A stretch of DNA of 64,000 bases from assembly GCA_040218735.1 (NCBI GenBank), contig JAVJQW010000018.1, positions 275,455-339,454 of the forward strand, written 5' to 3'. Shown here piece after piece: positions 12,729 to 22,993 of the stretch. The DNA comes from Deltaproteobacteria bacterium. GTDB lineage: Bacteria; Myxococcota; Kuafuiibacteriia; Kuafuiibacteriales; Kuafuiibacteriaceae. The position numbers were made by a program, and so were the translations under genes. The notes beneath the pieces are model-generated. The model was not told the DNA's origin. It searched no databases and saw only the letters and a list, made by a program, of their open reading frames with translations. Each line of letters begins with the position of its first letter. Position 1 is the stretch's first letter.

Positions 12729-14347
12729 TGCTCAAGGTTTCCAGTGTGAGGGGCGTTGGGCAAGGGGGGCGGGGGCGCCTCCGGTTCCGCCGGGTCGGGC
12801 GGCCCGTACACGAAGGCTGCGCCGGTCCCCGTGGGGGTGTGGACGACCTTGCACACCTCCTGGCCACGTTCGGGTTTGGGCCGATGCGCCGGGAACACGT
12901 ACAGCTCGCCGGGCCGAACGACCTTCCGCTCGCCCGGCTCCCAGATCGGCGTTTGGTTCGGGCCGGGCGGCCCGTCGAGGTCCCCATACAGGAAGCGCGC
13001 GAAGACACCCCCGACCTGGAAACCCGGCGACACGATCAGCTTCTCGTCCTTGCGGACACGCCGCGCGCACAGGAGCCCTTGGCTCACGTCGAATTGGAAG
13101 TCCCGCTGCGCGATCCGCGGGTAGCGCACGAACGTGCACCAGTACACGGCGTACGCCGTCGCCGCCCACCCGACGGTGAGCAACGCGAGGAGCACGGCGC
13201 CGCGAACTCGCGGCGCGAGGTTGTCGGCGCGCAGCCGGGTCAGCGACCACGAAGCGATCACCCCGATCCCGATCCCGGAGATGATCTGCGGCGCCGGCAA
13301 CCAACCGATCGCGCGCCCCATGTTGTGCGACTCGTAGGTCACGCCGCCGGGCAGGGGCCCGAGCAGGAACCAGTACGCGACGAAGATCGCAAAACGCCGG
13401 TGCGCGGTGCTCCGCATCATCGCGACGAACCCGACGATCATCGGGACGAGGTCCGCGATGTTCCACATCCCGAGCCCCGGGATCTGCTGCGCGGCGGCCG
13501 GCCCGCCGCGGATGAACAACATCGAGGGGTCGAAGTAGCTCAGATAGTTGTTGAGGATGACGCGCCAGACGACCTCCGTCGGGTGGTGGTACCAGGCGAG
13601 CACGGTGCGCCCGCGCGCGAGACCGCCGTCGGTGAGGGCGTAGTACACCGACGGGAGCACGAGCACCGTGAAGACGAGCGCCGGGCCGAGGACGTGTTTC
13701 TTCTGGCCGTCCTTCCACAGGCGCACGATCGTCGGCGCGACGAACCACAGAAAGCCGATCGTCCACAGCGGGAGGAACAACTTCACCGCGTGGTACGTGT
13801 ACGCGGACAGCGCGAGCGACGCGGCGCCGGCCCACAGGAGCTTGTGCCGCTTCGTCTTCTCGCCGACGGCGATCAGCGCGCAGCCGATCGTGAGCGTGGC
13901 GGGCAAGAGGATCGCCTCGCTGCCGTAGCGCGAGAAGTGCAGCCACGTCGGGCACAGCGTCGCGGAGAGCATCGCGCCGAGCGCGGCCGGGCGGTCGTAC
14001 CGGACCGCGACGAAGATCCCGACCGCGGCGATGGTGAGCGTCCCGAACAGCGCGGCCATGAAGCGCTCGTTCCCGATCGTCGGGCCGAAGATCCCCACGA
14101 TCGGCGCGCTGAGGTACCGGTACCCGGCGAGCGGGAAGTCACCGAAGGAGCGCGCGAGGATCGGGAGGAACTGGCCGGCCTGATCGCGACCGGTGTGCCA
14201 CAGCAGCCACGCGTCGAGCCCCGTGGAGGCCTCGTCCTGCCAGAATCCGGGCGGATTGGCGTCGAGGCCCGGGAAGCGCATCAGCGCCGCGACGAACAGG
14301 ATCACGAAGCCGAGGGCGACGAAGACGATGTGTTTGTTCTCGCGCAA
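12725..14347 (-). CDS. GT-C fold glycosyltransferase (ArnT/PMT-like)
   Basis: First-loop PPGFWQDEA motif, ~11-13 TM helices, TCPTWLHFSRY. Confidence 0.8.
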   Translation of the reverse strand: MRENKHIVFVALGFVILFVAALMRFPGLDANPPGFWQDEASTGLDAWLLWHTGRDQAGQFLPILARSFGDFPLAGYRYLSAPIVGIFGPTIGNERFMAALFGTLTIAAVGIFVAVRYDRPAALGAMLSATLCPTWLHFSRYGSEAILLPATLTIGCALIAVGEKTKRHKLLWAGAASLALSAYTYHAVKLFLPLWTIGFLWFVAPTIVRLWKDGQKKHVLGPALVFTVLVLPSVYYALTDGGLARGRTVLAWYHHPTEVVWRVILNNYLSYFDPSMLFIRGGPAAAQQIPGLGMWNIADLVPMIVGFVAMMRSTAHRRFAIFVAYWFLLGPLPGGVTYESHNMGRAIGWLPAPQIISGIGIGVIASWSLTRLRADNLAPRVRGAVLLALLTVGWAATAYAVYWCTFVRYPRIAQRDFQFDVSQGLLCARRVRKDEKLIVSPGFQVGGVFARFLYGDLDGPPGPNQTPIWEPGERKVVRPGELYVFPAHRPKPERGQEVCKVVHTPTGTGAAFVYGPPDPAEPEAPPPPLPNAPHTGNLEQ

Positions 14348-14411
14348 AATCGCGGCATCCTCGGGGGCGCGCGTGCTCTCCTATAACACCCAAAAATGCG
14401 CATTACAGGCC

Positions 14412-15431
14412 ATGTGTGTCCTGTTCGCGCTCGGATCGATCGCCGCGCGCCCCTACCAGGACACCAAGCAGCGCTTCGCGCTCACCGTCGCGGACGGGTG
14501 GCGCCTCGCACCGCAGTTCGGGGACACGAGCGGGATGGTCTTCGCGCGGGACGTCGCCCGACGGGACGGCGGCGGGACGGCGTTGCTCATCGTGCGCGCC
14601 GATCCGATCGGCGGCCGGTCCCTCGCGGCGTTCGTCGACGAGGTCGAGTCGGCGTTCGCGAAGATGCCCGGTTACCGCGCGCGGGGTGAAAAGACCTTCA
14701 CGCTCGACGGTCGCCCCGCGATCCAAAAGAAGTACCGGACGAACGACCGGCGCCTCACCTCGACCTTCTCGGAGGCGAACGGCTTCTTCTACCTCGTGCA
14801 CTTCGAAGCACCCCGGCGCGCCGCGAAGCGCCTTTGGCCGCAGGCGCGGACGATGCTCGGTTCGTTTCGGCTCGGCTCCGCGCGCGCGCGCTCGCCCGTC
14901 GGGCAACGCACTTCGCTGTCGCGTGAGATCGAGGCACCCGTCGGGCGGTGGAAGAGCGACTCCGGGCTCGAGCTCGTCCTCGACGACGACGGCGGTTATC
15001 GCCTCGCCGACGTGCGCGGCACGTATCGCGTCGACGGCACGACGCTCGTCCTCTCGCGACCCGGCGGCGGGCGTCAGTCGTTCACCTACGAACACGACGC
15101 GGATCGCGGGCGTCTCGTGTTGACCTCACCGCAGCTCCCCAAGCCGATGGTCTACCGGCAGATCTACGACAAAGGCGGCAGCCGGAAGCGGCTGATCGGG
15201 AAGTGGAGGGCGCAGAAGGTGAAGCCGGTGTTCGAGCTGTCCCTCTCCGCCGGCGGCAGGTTCGTGTTGGGGCCCTACAGCGGCCAGTGGGTCGCGAAGG
15301 ACGGCGCGCTGCTCCTGAAGAAGTCCCAGACGGAATCGATCACGTACAAGTACCACTTCGAAGGCAAACGACTCGTGCTGTCGGGCGCCGACCTCGATCA
15401 GCCGGTCTCCTTCGAACGCATCGGCTCCTGA
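14412..15431 (+). CDS. Secreted hypothetical protein (PsbP/DcrB-like N-domain plus two lipocalin-like beta repeats)
   Basis: FALTVADGWR PsbP-like start; repeated (V/I)G(R/K)W...GTY/GQW...L.L beta units; start uncertain. Confidence 0.55.
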   Translation: MCVLFALGSIAARPYQDTKQRFALTVADGWRLAPQFGDTSGMVFARDVARRDGGGTALLIVRADPIGGRSLAAFVDEVESAFAKMPGYRARGEKTFTLDGRPAIQKKYRTNDRRLTSTFSEANGFFYLVHFEAPRRAAKRLWPQARTMLGSFRLGSARARSPVGQRTSLSREIEAPVGRWKSDSGLELVLDDDGGYRLADVRGTYRVDGTTLVLSRPGGGRQSFTYEHDADRGRLVLTSPQLPKPMVYRQIYDKGGSRKRLIGKWRAQKVKPVFELSLSAGGRFVLGPYSGQWVAKDGALLLKKSQTESITYKYHFEGKRLVLSGADLDQPVSFERIGS

Positions 15432-15520
15432 AGCGTGAATACGGGTCGATCCCCTTACCGCGAACGCGCGTCGCGCGAGCGGTGGAGATTTGCCGCGGTC
15501 CCATTCAGTATGTGCGGCCG

Positions 15521-17833
15521 GTGCCGCGCCCGAGTCGCAAGTGCCTGCGCGTTCGTCTCAAGGCGACGGACGAGGCTTCGCTGGTCGAGCAGTTCGGCGG
15601 CAACCTGCGCGACGAGGCCGCCTTCGTCCCCGGGCTGGAGGGCCTGAGCTACGCGGAGCCGGTGCGCCTCGAGCTGCTCTACTCGGGGGGCGCGCTCGCG
15701 CTCGGGGGCGACGGCGAGGTCGTCGCGTGTGGCGCGACCGGGACGGCGATCGCGTTGACGTGGGACGTGTCGTGCCGACCGCTCCTCGCGCGCGTGCTCG
15801 AGCGCGTGCGACCCGACGACGCCCTCGTCCCACCTCGCGTGGTGACCGAAGAGATCGACGTCGGTCAGGTCCTCGCCGAGTACGCGCTCCCGCTCGACGA
15901 CGAACCGATCGGCTCCGCGGCCGATGAGGGCGACGACGACGAGGCGCTGGTCGTGCCGATCGCGGAAGAGGAGGAGCCGGCGCCGCCGACGCCGATGAAC
16001 CTCGACCTGGTCTCCGATCTCCTCGACGACCCCGCGTTCACGGCGCCACCGGCCGCCGCGCCGCTCGACGACGAGCCGCTCCCGTTGATGTCGGCGGTCG
16101 ACATGCCCGCGCAGATCGACGAGCCCCTGACGCCGTGGGCGGAGCCCGACCCGGCCCCGGGCGAGGCGCCGAGGCGTGAGCCGGGTGAAGTCACACCGCT
16201 CGCGCGCATCGAGCTGGTGCGGCGCGAGCCCGAGCGCATCCAGACCGGAGACGTCGAGCCCATGATGGGGGACTCGGCGTCGGACACCGCGATCCCCTCG
16301 AAGCGCTCGCGCACGCAGCTCCCCACGCCGGGGCGGCGGGTCGTTGCGATCGACGTTGGTGCGGGCGTCGTCCGCACGGCGCACTTCGCGATGGCGCCGA
16401 CGGTCGTCGCGACGCGCCGGGGTCTGCCGAACATGCCGTCGGCGGTGGTGATCGAGGAAAGCGGAAAGACGATCGTCGGCGAGCCCGCGCTGCGGAAGAT
16501 GTTCGAACAGCCCGGCGTGCGCGGGACGAAGCGCCTGATCGGGCGCACGTCCGGCTGCCAGCTCGCGAAGAAGCTCGCGCCGCGTCTGCCCTACGAGCTG
16601 GTCGACGGCCTCGACGGGGAGGTCGCCGTGCGCCTCGGCCCGCACCGCATCGGGCTCGAGGAGATCACGGCGCTGCTGCTGAAGGAGGCGCGAGTCAGCG
16701 CGCAGCTCGCGCTCGAAGGGCAGACGAACCGCACCGTGCTGTTGTGTCCGTCGGGGTACGGCCTGCGGCAGCGCGAGGCGTTGCGCCTGGCCGGGGAGCT
16801 CGCGGGGATGCACGTGGAGCGCGTGGTCAGCAGCTCGCTCGCGGTCGCGGTGGAGGTGACGCAGGGGCGGAGTGATTCGTCGATGCGGCTGTTGATCGTC
16901 GACTTCGGTGCGTCGCACTTCGACGCTTCGGTGGTGCAGGTCGGCAACGGTGCGTACCGCGTGGAGCGGACGATCTGTCGCGCGGACCTCGGCGGCATCG
17001 AGATCGATCGCGCCATCGCGGACCGCCTCGCGAAGGAGGTCGAGCGCGCCGTCAAACACCCCGTGGATCCGCGGGACGTCACGTGGCCGCGTCTGCTCCA
17101 CGCGGCGGAGAACGCGAAGGTCGCGCTGTCGAGCGAGGACTCGACACACGTCGTGATCGAGCACCCGCTCTCTTCGACGAACGCATCGTTCAGCCTGGAG
17201 ATCGACTTCGAGCGCACGCGTGCCGAGGAGCTCGCGGCGCCGTTCATCGTGGAGGCCGAAGCTGTGTGCCGCACGCTCCTCGCGGACGCGATCCACGTCG
17301 ACGCGGTGATCGGCGTCGGCGGGCAGTTCTCGGCCCCCGAGGTGCGTCGTCGGTTGGCCGCGGTGTTCGAAGGACGGCTCGACGTGCGCGAGGAGCACAC
17401 CGCGGTGATGGGTGCGGCGCGCGTCGCGAACGGCATACAGGAGGAGCGTCCGCTCATGCTCTACGAGTGCCTGAACGTCCCGATGGGGGTGAGCGGACCG
17501 GACGGGAGCTTCGCGGTGCTCCTCGACACGCAGACGACGTGCCCGGCGAGTGTGCCGTACATGTACAAGTTCCGCGGGGAGCCGCTCGTGCTCTACGAAG
17601 GGGACGAGGAGATCGAGCCCGTCGCGCAGATCGACTTCGAGGCGGGGGTGACGGACTTCGACGCGGACGTGGTCTTCGCGCTCGACGCGGCGGCGCGGCT
17701 GTCGGTCTCGGCGAAGGAGCGTGAGTTCGGGATCTCGGTCGACCTCGCGATCGCACGCACGGGGCAGCCGCTCCCGGCGACGCCGCCGAAGAGCAAGGGC
17801 CTGTTCGGTTGGATTCGTTCGAAGCTCGAGTGA
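15521..17833 (+). CDS. Atypical Hsp70-family protein with N-terminal TIGR02266/PilZ-like domain and acidic Pro-rich linker
   Basis: VVAIDVG, MPSAV, KRLIGR, LIVDFGASHFDASVV, DLGGIEID, AENAKVALS, VGGQ; N-terminal LRVRLK...VEQFGGNL...VRLEL; GTG at 15521 inferred. Confidence 0.8.
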   Translation: MPRPSRKCLRVRLKATDEASLVEQFGGNLRDEAAFVPGLEGLSYAEPVRLELLYSGGALALGGDGEVVACGATGTAIALTWDVSCRPLLARVLERVRPDDALVPPRVVTEEIDVGQVLAEYALPLDDEPIGSAADEGDDDEALVVPIAEEEEPAPPTPMNLDLVSDLLDDPAFTAPPAAAPLDDEPLPLMSAVDMPAQIDEPLTPWAEPDPAPGEAPRREPGEVTPLARIELVRREPERIQTGDVEPMMGDSASDTAIPSKRSRTQLPTPGRRVVAIDVGAGVVRTAHFAMAPTVVATRRGLPNMPSAVVIEESGKTIVGEPALRKMFEQPGVRGTKRLIGRTSGCQLAKKLAPRLPYELVDGLDGEVAVRLGPHRIGLEEITALLLKEARVSAQLALEGQTNRTVLLCPSGYGLRQREALRLAGELAGMHVERVVSSSLAVAVEVTQGRSDSSMRLLIVDFGASHFDASVVQVGNGAYRVERTICRADLGGIEIDRAIADRLAKEVERAVKHPVDPRDVTWPRLLHAAENAKVALSSEDSTHVVIEHPLSSTNASFSLEIDFERTRAEELAAPFIVEAEAVCRTLLADAIHVDAVIGVGGQFSAPEVRRRLAAVFEGRLDVREEHTAVMGAARVANGIQEERPLMLYECLNVPMGVSGPDGSFAVLLDTQTTCPASVPYMYKFRGEPLVLYEGDEEIEPVAQIDFEAGVTDFDADVVFALDAAARLSVSAKEREFGISVDLAIARTGQPLPATPPKSKGLFGWIRSKLE

Positions 17834-17834
17834 C

Positions 17835-18428
17835 TCAGCGGACCTCGACGATCGCTTCGTGCAGATCCGCTTCGTCGTAGGTGTCGCGCAGCGGGGCGTC
17901 GCGCGGGATGCGGCTCGGCGGACGATCCGTCCACGCGAGGAGGCGCGCTTCGCCGCGGTGCTGCACGGCTTCGAACCCTTCACGCCCCGCGTCGCGCCAG
18001 CGCGCGACGAGCTGCTCCACCGCGCTCGCGTCGCCATCGTTCCTGTGGCGGTGCGCGGGCGCGAGCGTCCCGTCGAAGGACGGCGCGCAGTGCCACAGCT
18101 CGTGCGCGAGGACGTGCACGCGGGCTTCGGGATCGAGCGCGAGGAAGAACTTCGGGCGCAGGCAGATCTCGTAGCGCATCGCGACGCCCTCGATCGTGAT
18201 CGACGGCTTCAGGTAGCGCCCCGACACCCGGGACGGCGGCTCCCCGCCGTAGGTCAGGGGCCGGATAGAAGCGTTCGCGCCGCGGCGCGCGGCGCCGGCG
18301 ACGACCAGGATGCGCGAGGCGTCGAAGCCTTCGAATTCCTTCGGGTTCGCGGCGACGAGGGCGCGCATCAACGCCTGGAGGGGCCCGTTCAGGTGGGGGC
18401 GGCCGGCGGGGTCGGTCGAGGCGGGCAT
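17835..18428 (-). CDS. Putative zinc metallopeptidase (HExxH; phage-metallopeptidase-like)
   Basis: RYEICLRPKFF...VHVLAHELWHC...HRH. Confidence 0.7.
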   Translation of the reverse strand: MPASTDPAGRPHLNGPLQALMRALVAANPKEFEGFDASRILVVAGAARRGANASIRPLTYGGEPPSRVSGRYLKPSITIEGVAMRYEICLRPKFFLALDPEARVHVLAHELWHCAPSFDGTLAPAHRHRNDGDASAVEQLVARWRDAGREGFEAVQHRGEARLLAWTDRPPSRIPRDAPLRDTYDEADLHEAIVEVR

Positions 18429-18559
18429 GGGAGGGAACACCTAGCCGCGGTTGGGTCAATTTGCACCACAAAGCGCCTCGGTTGTGGCGTTGGGACACCA
18501 CGAAGCGCCGATTAGGGGCGCAAAGTCATCTGGCACGATGGGTGGAAGTAGGAGGAGTC

Positions 18560-19015
18560 ATGATGCGTCGAATCCTCCTCACGGCCGGTTTCCTCGCGTT
18601 CGGAATCTCTGCGGAGGTCGCGGACGGCGCCCAGCTCGGGCGAATCACTGGAGAGCTCCGCTTCCCCTCCTGCAACCAGACCGCGCCGGGCCTCGAGGTC
18701 TGCGCGGTGCCCGTCGACGAAGACGGTGACCCCACCTGCACGTCCGACTTCGCGCCCAACGCGGCCGGGCAGCTGACGTACACACTCGAGGTTCGCCCCG
18801 GCGCGTACCACGTCTATGCGACCACGCCGACGATCGAAGACGGCCGCTACCGCGCGTTCTTCTCGCAGGCCGTTCGCTGCGGGCTCGAGGTCGCGTGCCG
18901 CGACCACACGCCCGTGACGATTGATGTTCGCGCCGGCAAGACCGTCGACGGCGTGCACCCTTCGGACTGGGTCGCGGGCTTCGACGAGCCCGAGCCCGCT
19001 CCCCTCACCAACTGA
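18560..19015 (+). CDS. Secreted hypothetical protein with five Cys and a carboxypeptidase-regulatory-like beta fold
   Basis: RBS GGAGGAG just upstream; signal peptide; GRITGEL...YTLEVRPGAYHVYA. Confidence 0.7.
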   Translation: MMRRILLTAGFLAFGISAEVADGAQLGRITGELRFPSCNQTAPGLEVCAVPVDEDGDPTCTSDFAPNAAGQLTYTLEVRPGAYHVYATTPTIEDGRYRAFFSQAVRCGLEVACRDHTPVTIDVRAGKTVDGVHPSDWVAGFDEPEPAPLTN

Positions 19016-19027
19016 TCAGACTGACCG

Positions 19028-22000
19028 CTACCGCGACATCACGAACACCGCGTGCGGCGCGTTGGCGCTGACGTACACGATGAAGTCACCGTCCGGCGAC
19101 ACCGCCGCGCGGTAGACGTCGGAGACGTTCGAAGCGAGCAGGCGATTCGCGCCCGCGACCGTGTCGCGCTCGAAGAGGTTGATCGCGGGCGGCGTGCTCG
19201 CGACCAAGTTCGACGCCGCCGAAGCAAACACCACGTACTGTGCGTCCGAGGTGAGGCTCGCGCCGAACGACGCGCCATCCCCTCCCCCGGCCGCGGCGCT
19301 CACGAGCTGCGGGCCGGGGCCCGAGAGGTCGTGGAGGATCACGTCGTCGAAGCCGTTGGTGTCGGCCGCGACGCCGGTGTGGTCGGGCGAGGTGAATGCG
19401 ACGTAGCGCCCATCGGGGGTGAGCGCGGGCTCCGACGCGCCGGCCGGGCTCACCGTGGTCTGCGTCCCGGCGGTGAGGTCGCGAACGACGATCGTCGCGA
19501 CGGTCGAAGAGCCCGTCGCGAACACCACGAGGTCTCCGGCGGCGCTGATGTGCGGCTGCCGGCAGGCCGTTCCGACGCCGCCACCCGCGGTCGCGCCCGT
19601 CGTGCGATCGAAGACCGCGATGCAGTGTCCGTTCGGCGCGAGCCCGGCGCCGGCGACGTACGCGACGTAGCGACCGTCCGCGGAGATAGACGGATCGAAG
19701 GAGTCGGCCGAGCTCTCGGTGCCGTCGAGGAGGACGCTGACGCGCGCGGTGGTCTGCGTTTGTCGGTCGCGGAGGAAGACGTCGCGCGCCCCGTTGCCGT
19801 CTTGCGCGACGAGGTTCGAGGCGACGGACGTGAACGCGACGAAGCGACCGTTCGACGAAACGGCGGGACCGTCGCTCGGTCCGTTCGCCTGTGCGCCGTT
19901 CGTCGCGATGGAGATCCGCTCGTAGTCCACGACGCTCCGGTCGAAGACGAACAGATCCACGGCCGCGTTGGTGTCACTCGCGACGAGGTCGCTGCGGTTC
20001 GAGCTGAACGCGATCGTTCGCGCGTCCGTCGAGACCGCGATGCGTCCGGCCGCGTCCCCCGCGCCGGTGACGTCGGTCGCCGCGAGCGTCCCGTCGTCGA
20101 GCGCGGTCACCGACATCGTGGACGTGCTGGTCGCGTTGTAGTTCGGGTCGGCGCTCGAGAACGTGAACCCGAGCGTGAGCGTGGCGTCGCCGTCGAGGAG
20201 CTGGTCGTCGATCGCCGAGATCGTGAACGTCGCGGGTGTCGACCAATTCGTGGTCGCGAACGTCGCGGTCGCGGGCGTGACGTCGATCTGACCGGCCGCG
20301 CCGCCGACCTGGGCCTGCACCACCACGTCGGCGGTCGGCATCGCGTCGAGCGCGAGCTGGAGCGTCGCGGTCGCGCCGGACTCCGCCACCACGAACGGCC
20401 CGGACGGGCTGACGGTGGCGCCGGCGGAGTCGTCGTCCACGTTGGTTACGGTGGGGTTGGGTGCGTTGAGGCCGACGTACTCGGGCGCCCCGGTCGCGGG
20501 CGCGGTGACGACCTCGAAGGTCACGTCGCCGTCTTGCACGGCATCGTCGATCCCCGTGACGGTGATCGTTTGCGGCGTCTGCCAGCTGCTCGCGTCGAAC
20601 ATGAGCGACGTCGGCGACACACTCCCTTCGGTCGCGTCGGACACGCCGAGCCCGATCGTCACCGGCTGTGTCGGCTCGGACCGCAGGTGGATCGTGAACG
20701 TCGTCGATTGCCCGGCCTCGGTCGTCGTCAGGTTCGGCGCGGCGGTGACGATGACCTCGGCGACGTCGTCGTCCGCGTTGGTCACCATGACGTCGGGAGC
20801 GTCGATGCCGGTGTAGTCGGGATCGCTGCTCGTCGCCGGTGCCGTGGTGATCGTGATCGTGGTGTCGCCGTCGTCCACGTCGTCGTCGAGCCCGGTGACG
20901 GTGACGGTCTGCGGCGTCTGCCAGCTCGACGGTGAGAAGGTGAGCGCCGCCGCGTCGAGCGCGACCTCGGTTGCGTCGGACAGGCTCAGCGCGATAACGA
21001 CCTCGGATGCAGGCTGGGTTGCGAGGCGAACGGTGAAGGTCGCGGTGGTGCCGTCCTCGCCGACCTGGAGGCCGCCCGACGGCGCGACGAGCACGCCCGG
21101 TTGGTCGTCGTCCGTGTTGGTGACCTGCACGTCGGGGGCGTCGATGCCGGCGTAGAGCGGGTCGTTGCTGACGCTCGGGCTCGTGACGATCGTGAATGCT
21201 GCGGGGCCATCGGCGACGACGTCGTCGGTGCCGGTGACGGTGACGGTCTGATGCTGGCTCCAGTTCGCGGGAGTCAGTGTCACGCTCGCGGGGGACACGG
21301 TGCCTTCGTTCTCGTCGTCGGAGGCGAGGGCGATCGTCACCGGTGCGCTCGGCGCGCTGCGGAGGCGCACGGAGAATGTCGCGGTGGTGCCGTCCTCCGC
21401 GGTCACCAGACCGAACGTCGGGGAGACGAGGATGTCCGGGAAGTCGTCGTCGACGTTCGTCACGGTGACCGTGGACGGCAGGACTTCGCTGTACTTCTCG
21501 TCGACGGTCGTGATCGTCGCCGCGACCGTGAACGTGACGTCTCCGTCGGCGATGTCGTCGTCGATGCCCTCCACGGTGATCACGCTCGGCGTTTGCCAAG
21601 TCTCGGGTCCGAAGGTCACGCGCGTCGGCGTGACGAAGCCTTCGGTGTCGTCGCTCACCGTGAAGTCGACTTGCACCGGCGCGGTCGGCTGGTTGTTGAG
21701 CTCGACCGTGAAGGTGGCGTTCGTTCCGTCCTCGGAGGTGCGCAGCCCGGAGGAGGGGGTGACGGTGATGCCGGCTTGTTCGTCGTCGGTGTTCATCAAC
21801 TCGAGCTCGACGCTCGCGAGCGCGGCGTACTCGGGGGCGGCGCTGGTGCTCGGGTCGATGACGACGCCGTACGGGACGGGCCCGTCGAGGTCGCTGTCGT
21901 CCACGCCGCGGATCGTCACCGTCCGCGGCACGGCCCAGTCCTCGGGCGCGAACACCACCGTGTCGGTCTCTACGAGCGCCTCGGAGGGATCGTCGGAGGC

Positions 22001-22993
22001 GACGCGGAGCGTGACCTCGGCGGTCGGAGCGCTGGTGAGTGCGACGGTGAAGCTCGCGGTGCCGCCGCGCTCGGTGGTCGACAGCCCTCCGGCGCCGTCG
22101 AGGACGAGGCCTACGACGTCGTCGTCGACGTTCGAGAACGTGAGGTCCGCGGGGTCGACGCCGTCGAAGATGGGATCGCCGCTCGCGGCGGGGGCGAGGA
22201 CGATCGTGTACGTCTGGTCGCCGTCGACGTCGGCGTCGTCGACGCCGGTCACGGTCACGGAGTGGGGGAGGGCCCAGTCGAGCGGCGTGAAGGTCACCGT
22301 CGCGGGGCCGACGGTGCCCTCGGATTCGTCGTCGCTGTCGAGCGCGACGACGACGTAGGAGGTGGGCTGACGGTCGAGCGTGAGATCGAAGGTCGCGACG
22401 CCGCCCGATTCGGTGGTCGTCGGTTCGGAGGTCGGCGTCACGACGATCCCGGAGGCGGGCGTACCGGCGTCGCGCGCGGGGGCGCTGCCGGCGTCGCGGC
22501 GTGTTTCGTCGCCGGGGACGTAGACCTCGAGCTCGGCGGGGTCGACGTAGTCCGAGACACACTGGCCTTCGTCGCACGTCGCGCCGTCGCCGCACGTGAC
22601 GCCGGCGCAGTAGCGGCCGAGGAACATCGTGAGGAGGCGCGCTTCACCTTCGACGAACGTCGTGCGTGCGCGGCGGCGCAACGGGGCGCGCGCGCCGGAC
22701 ACAAACGGGCCGCGCCCTTCGATCTGTACGACGACCTCGTCGGTCCCTTCGCCCGGTTCGACGCCGAAGCTGAGCGGCAGCGGTGTGGACGTGAGATCGA
22801 GCTCCGTCGGTGCGCCTTCGCGTGCGCCGTTGCCGACGGTGACGACCACGCGCGCGAGCTCACTCGGCGCGGCGAGATCGGAGTCGACGGCGACGACGAG
22901 CTGAGTTTCGGGTGATGAGCAGTGGGTCAGGGCGGCGAGCGCGACCAGAGGACTAGCGATTCGGTACGCGGAGCGTGATGTCTGTGGTTCCAC
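19028..22993 (-). CDS. Large surface lipoprotein: seven Calx-beta-like repeats plus C-terminal TolB/PD40-like beta-propeller
   Basis: Lipobox-like LTHC; seven ~113-aa repeats (T.E.G..ATFTV.L...P...W..PQTVTVTG.DD...DGD...N.DDD); repeated S.DGR(Y/F)VAF blades. Confidence 0.85.
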   Translation of the reverse strand: MEPQTSRSAYRIASPLVALAALTHCSSPETQLVVAVDSDLAAPSELARVVVTVGNGAREGAPTELDLTSTPLPLSFGVEPGEGTDEVVVQIEGRGPFVSGARAPLRRRARTTFVEGEARLLTMFLGRYCAGVTCGDGATCDEGQCVSDYVDPAELEVYVPGDETRRDAGSAPARDAGTPASGIVVTPTSEPTTTESGGVATFDLTLDRQPTSYVVVALDSDDESEGTVGPATVTFTPLDWALPHSVTVTGVDDADVDGDQTYTIVLAPAASGDPIFDGVDPADLTFSNVDDDVVGLVLDGAGGLSTTERGGTASFTVALTSAPTAEVTLRVASDDPSEALVETDTVVFAPEDWAVPRTVTIRGVDDSDLDGPVPYGVVIDPSTSAAPEYAALASVELELMNTDDEQAGITVTPSSGLRTSEDGTNATFTVELNNQPTAPVQVDFTVSDDTEGFVTPTRVTFGPETWQTPSVITVEGIDDDIADGDVTFTVAATITTVDEKYSEVLPSTVTVTNVDDDFPDILVSPTFGLVTAEDGTTATFSVRLRSAPSAPVTIALASDDENEGTVSPASVTLTPANWSQHQTVTVTGTDDVVADGPAAFTIVTSPSVSNDPLYAGIDAPDVQVTNTDDDQPGVLVAPSGGLQVGEDGTTATFTVRLATQPASEVVIALSLSDATEVALDAAALTFSPSSWQTPQTVTVTGLDDDVDDGDTTITITTAPATSSDPDYTGIDAPDVMVTNADDDVAEVIVTAAPNLTTTEAGQSTTFTIHLRSEPTQPVTIGLGVSDATEGSVSPTSLMFDASSWQTPQTITVTGIDDAVQDGDVTFEVVTAPATGAPEYVGLNAPNPTVTNVDDDSAGATVSPSGPFVVAESGATATLQLALDAMPTADVVVQAQVGGAAGQIDVTPATATFATTNWSTPATFTISAIDDQLLDGDATLTLGFTFSSADPNYNATSTSTMSVTALDDGTLAATDVTGAGDAAGRIAVSTDARTIAFSSNRSDLVASDTNAAVDLFVFDRSVVDYERISIATNGAQANGPSDGPAVSSNGRFVAFTSVASNLVAQDGNGARDVFLRDRQTQTTARVSVLLDGTESSADSFDPSISADGRYVAYVAGAGLAPNGHCIAVFDRTTGATAGGGVGTACRQPHISAAGDLVVFATGSSTVATIVVRDLTAGTQTTVSPAGASEPALTPDGRYVAFTSPDHTGVAADTNGFDDVILHDLSGPGPQLVSAAAGGGDGASFGASLTSDAQYVVFASAASNLVASTPPAINLFERDTVAGANRLLASNVSDVYRAAVSPDGDFIVYVSANAPHAVFVMSR

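Noticed and set aside
18531-18546. TGGCACGATGGGTGGA as a sigma-54 promoter
   Set aside because: The -12 position reads GG, not GC, and it lies too close to the start codon.
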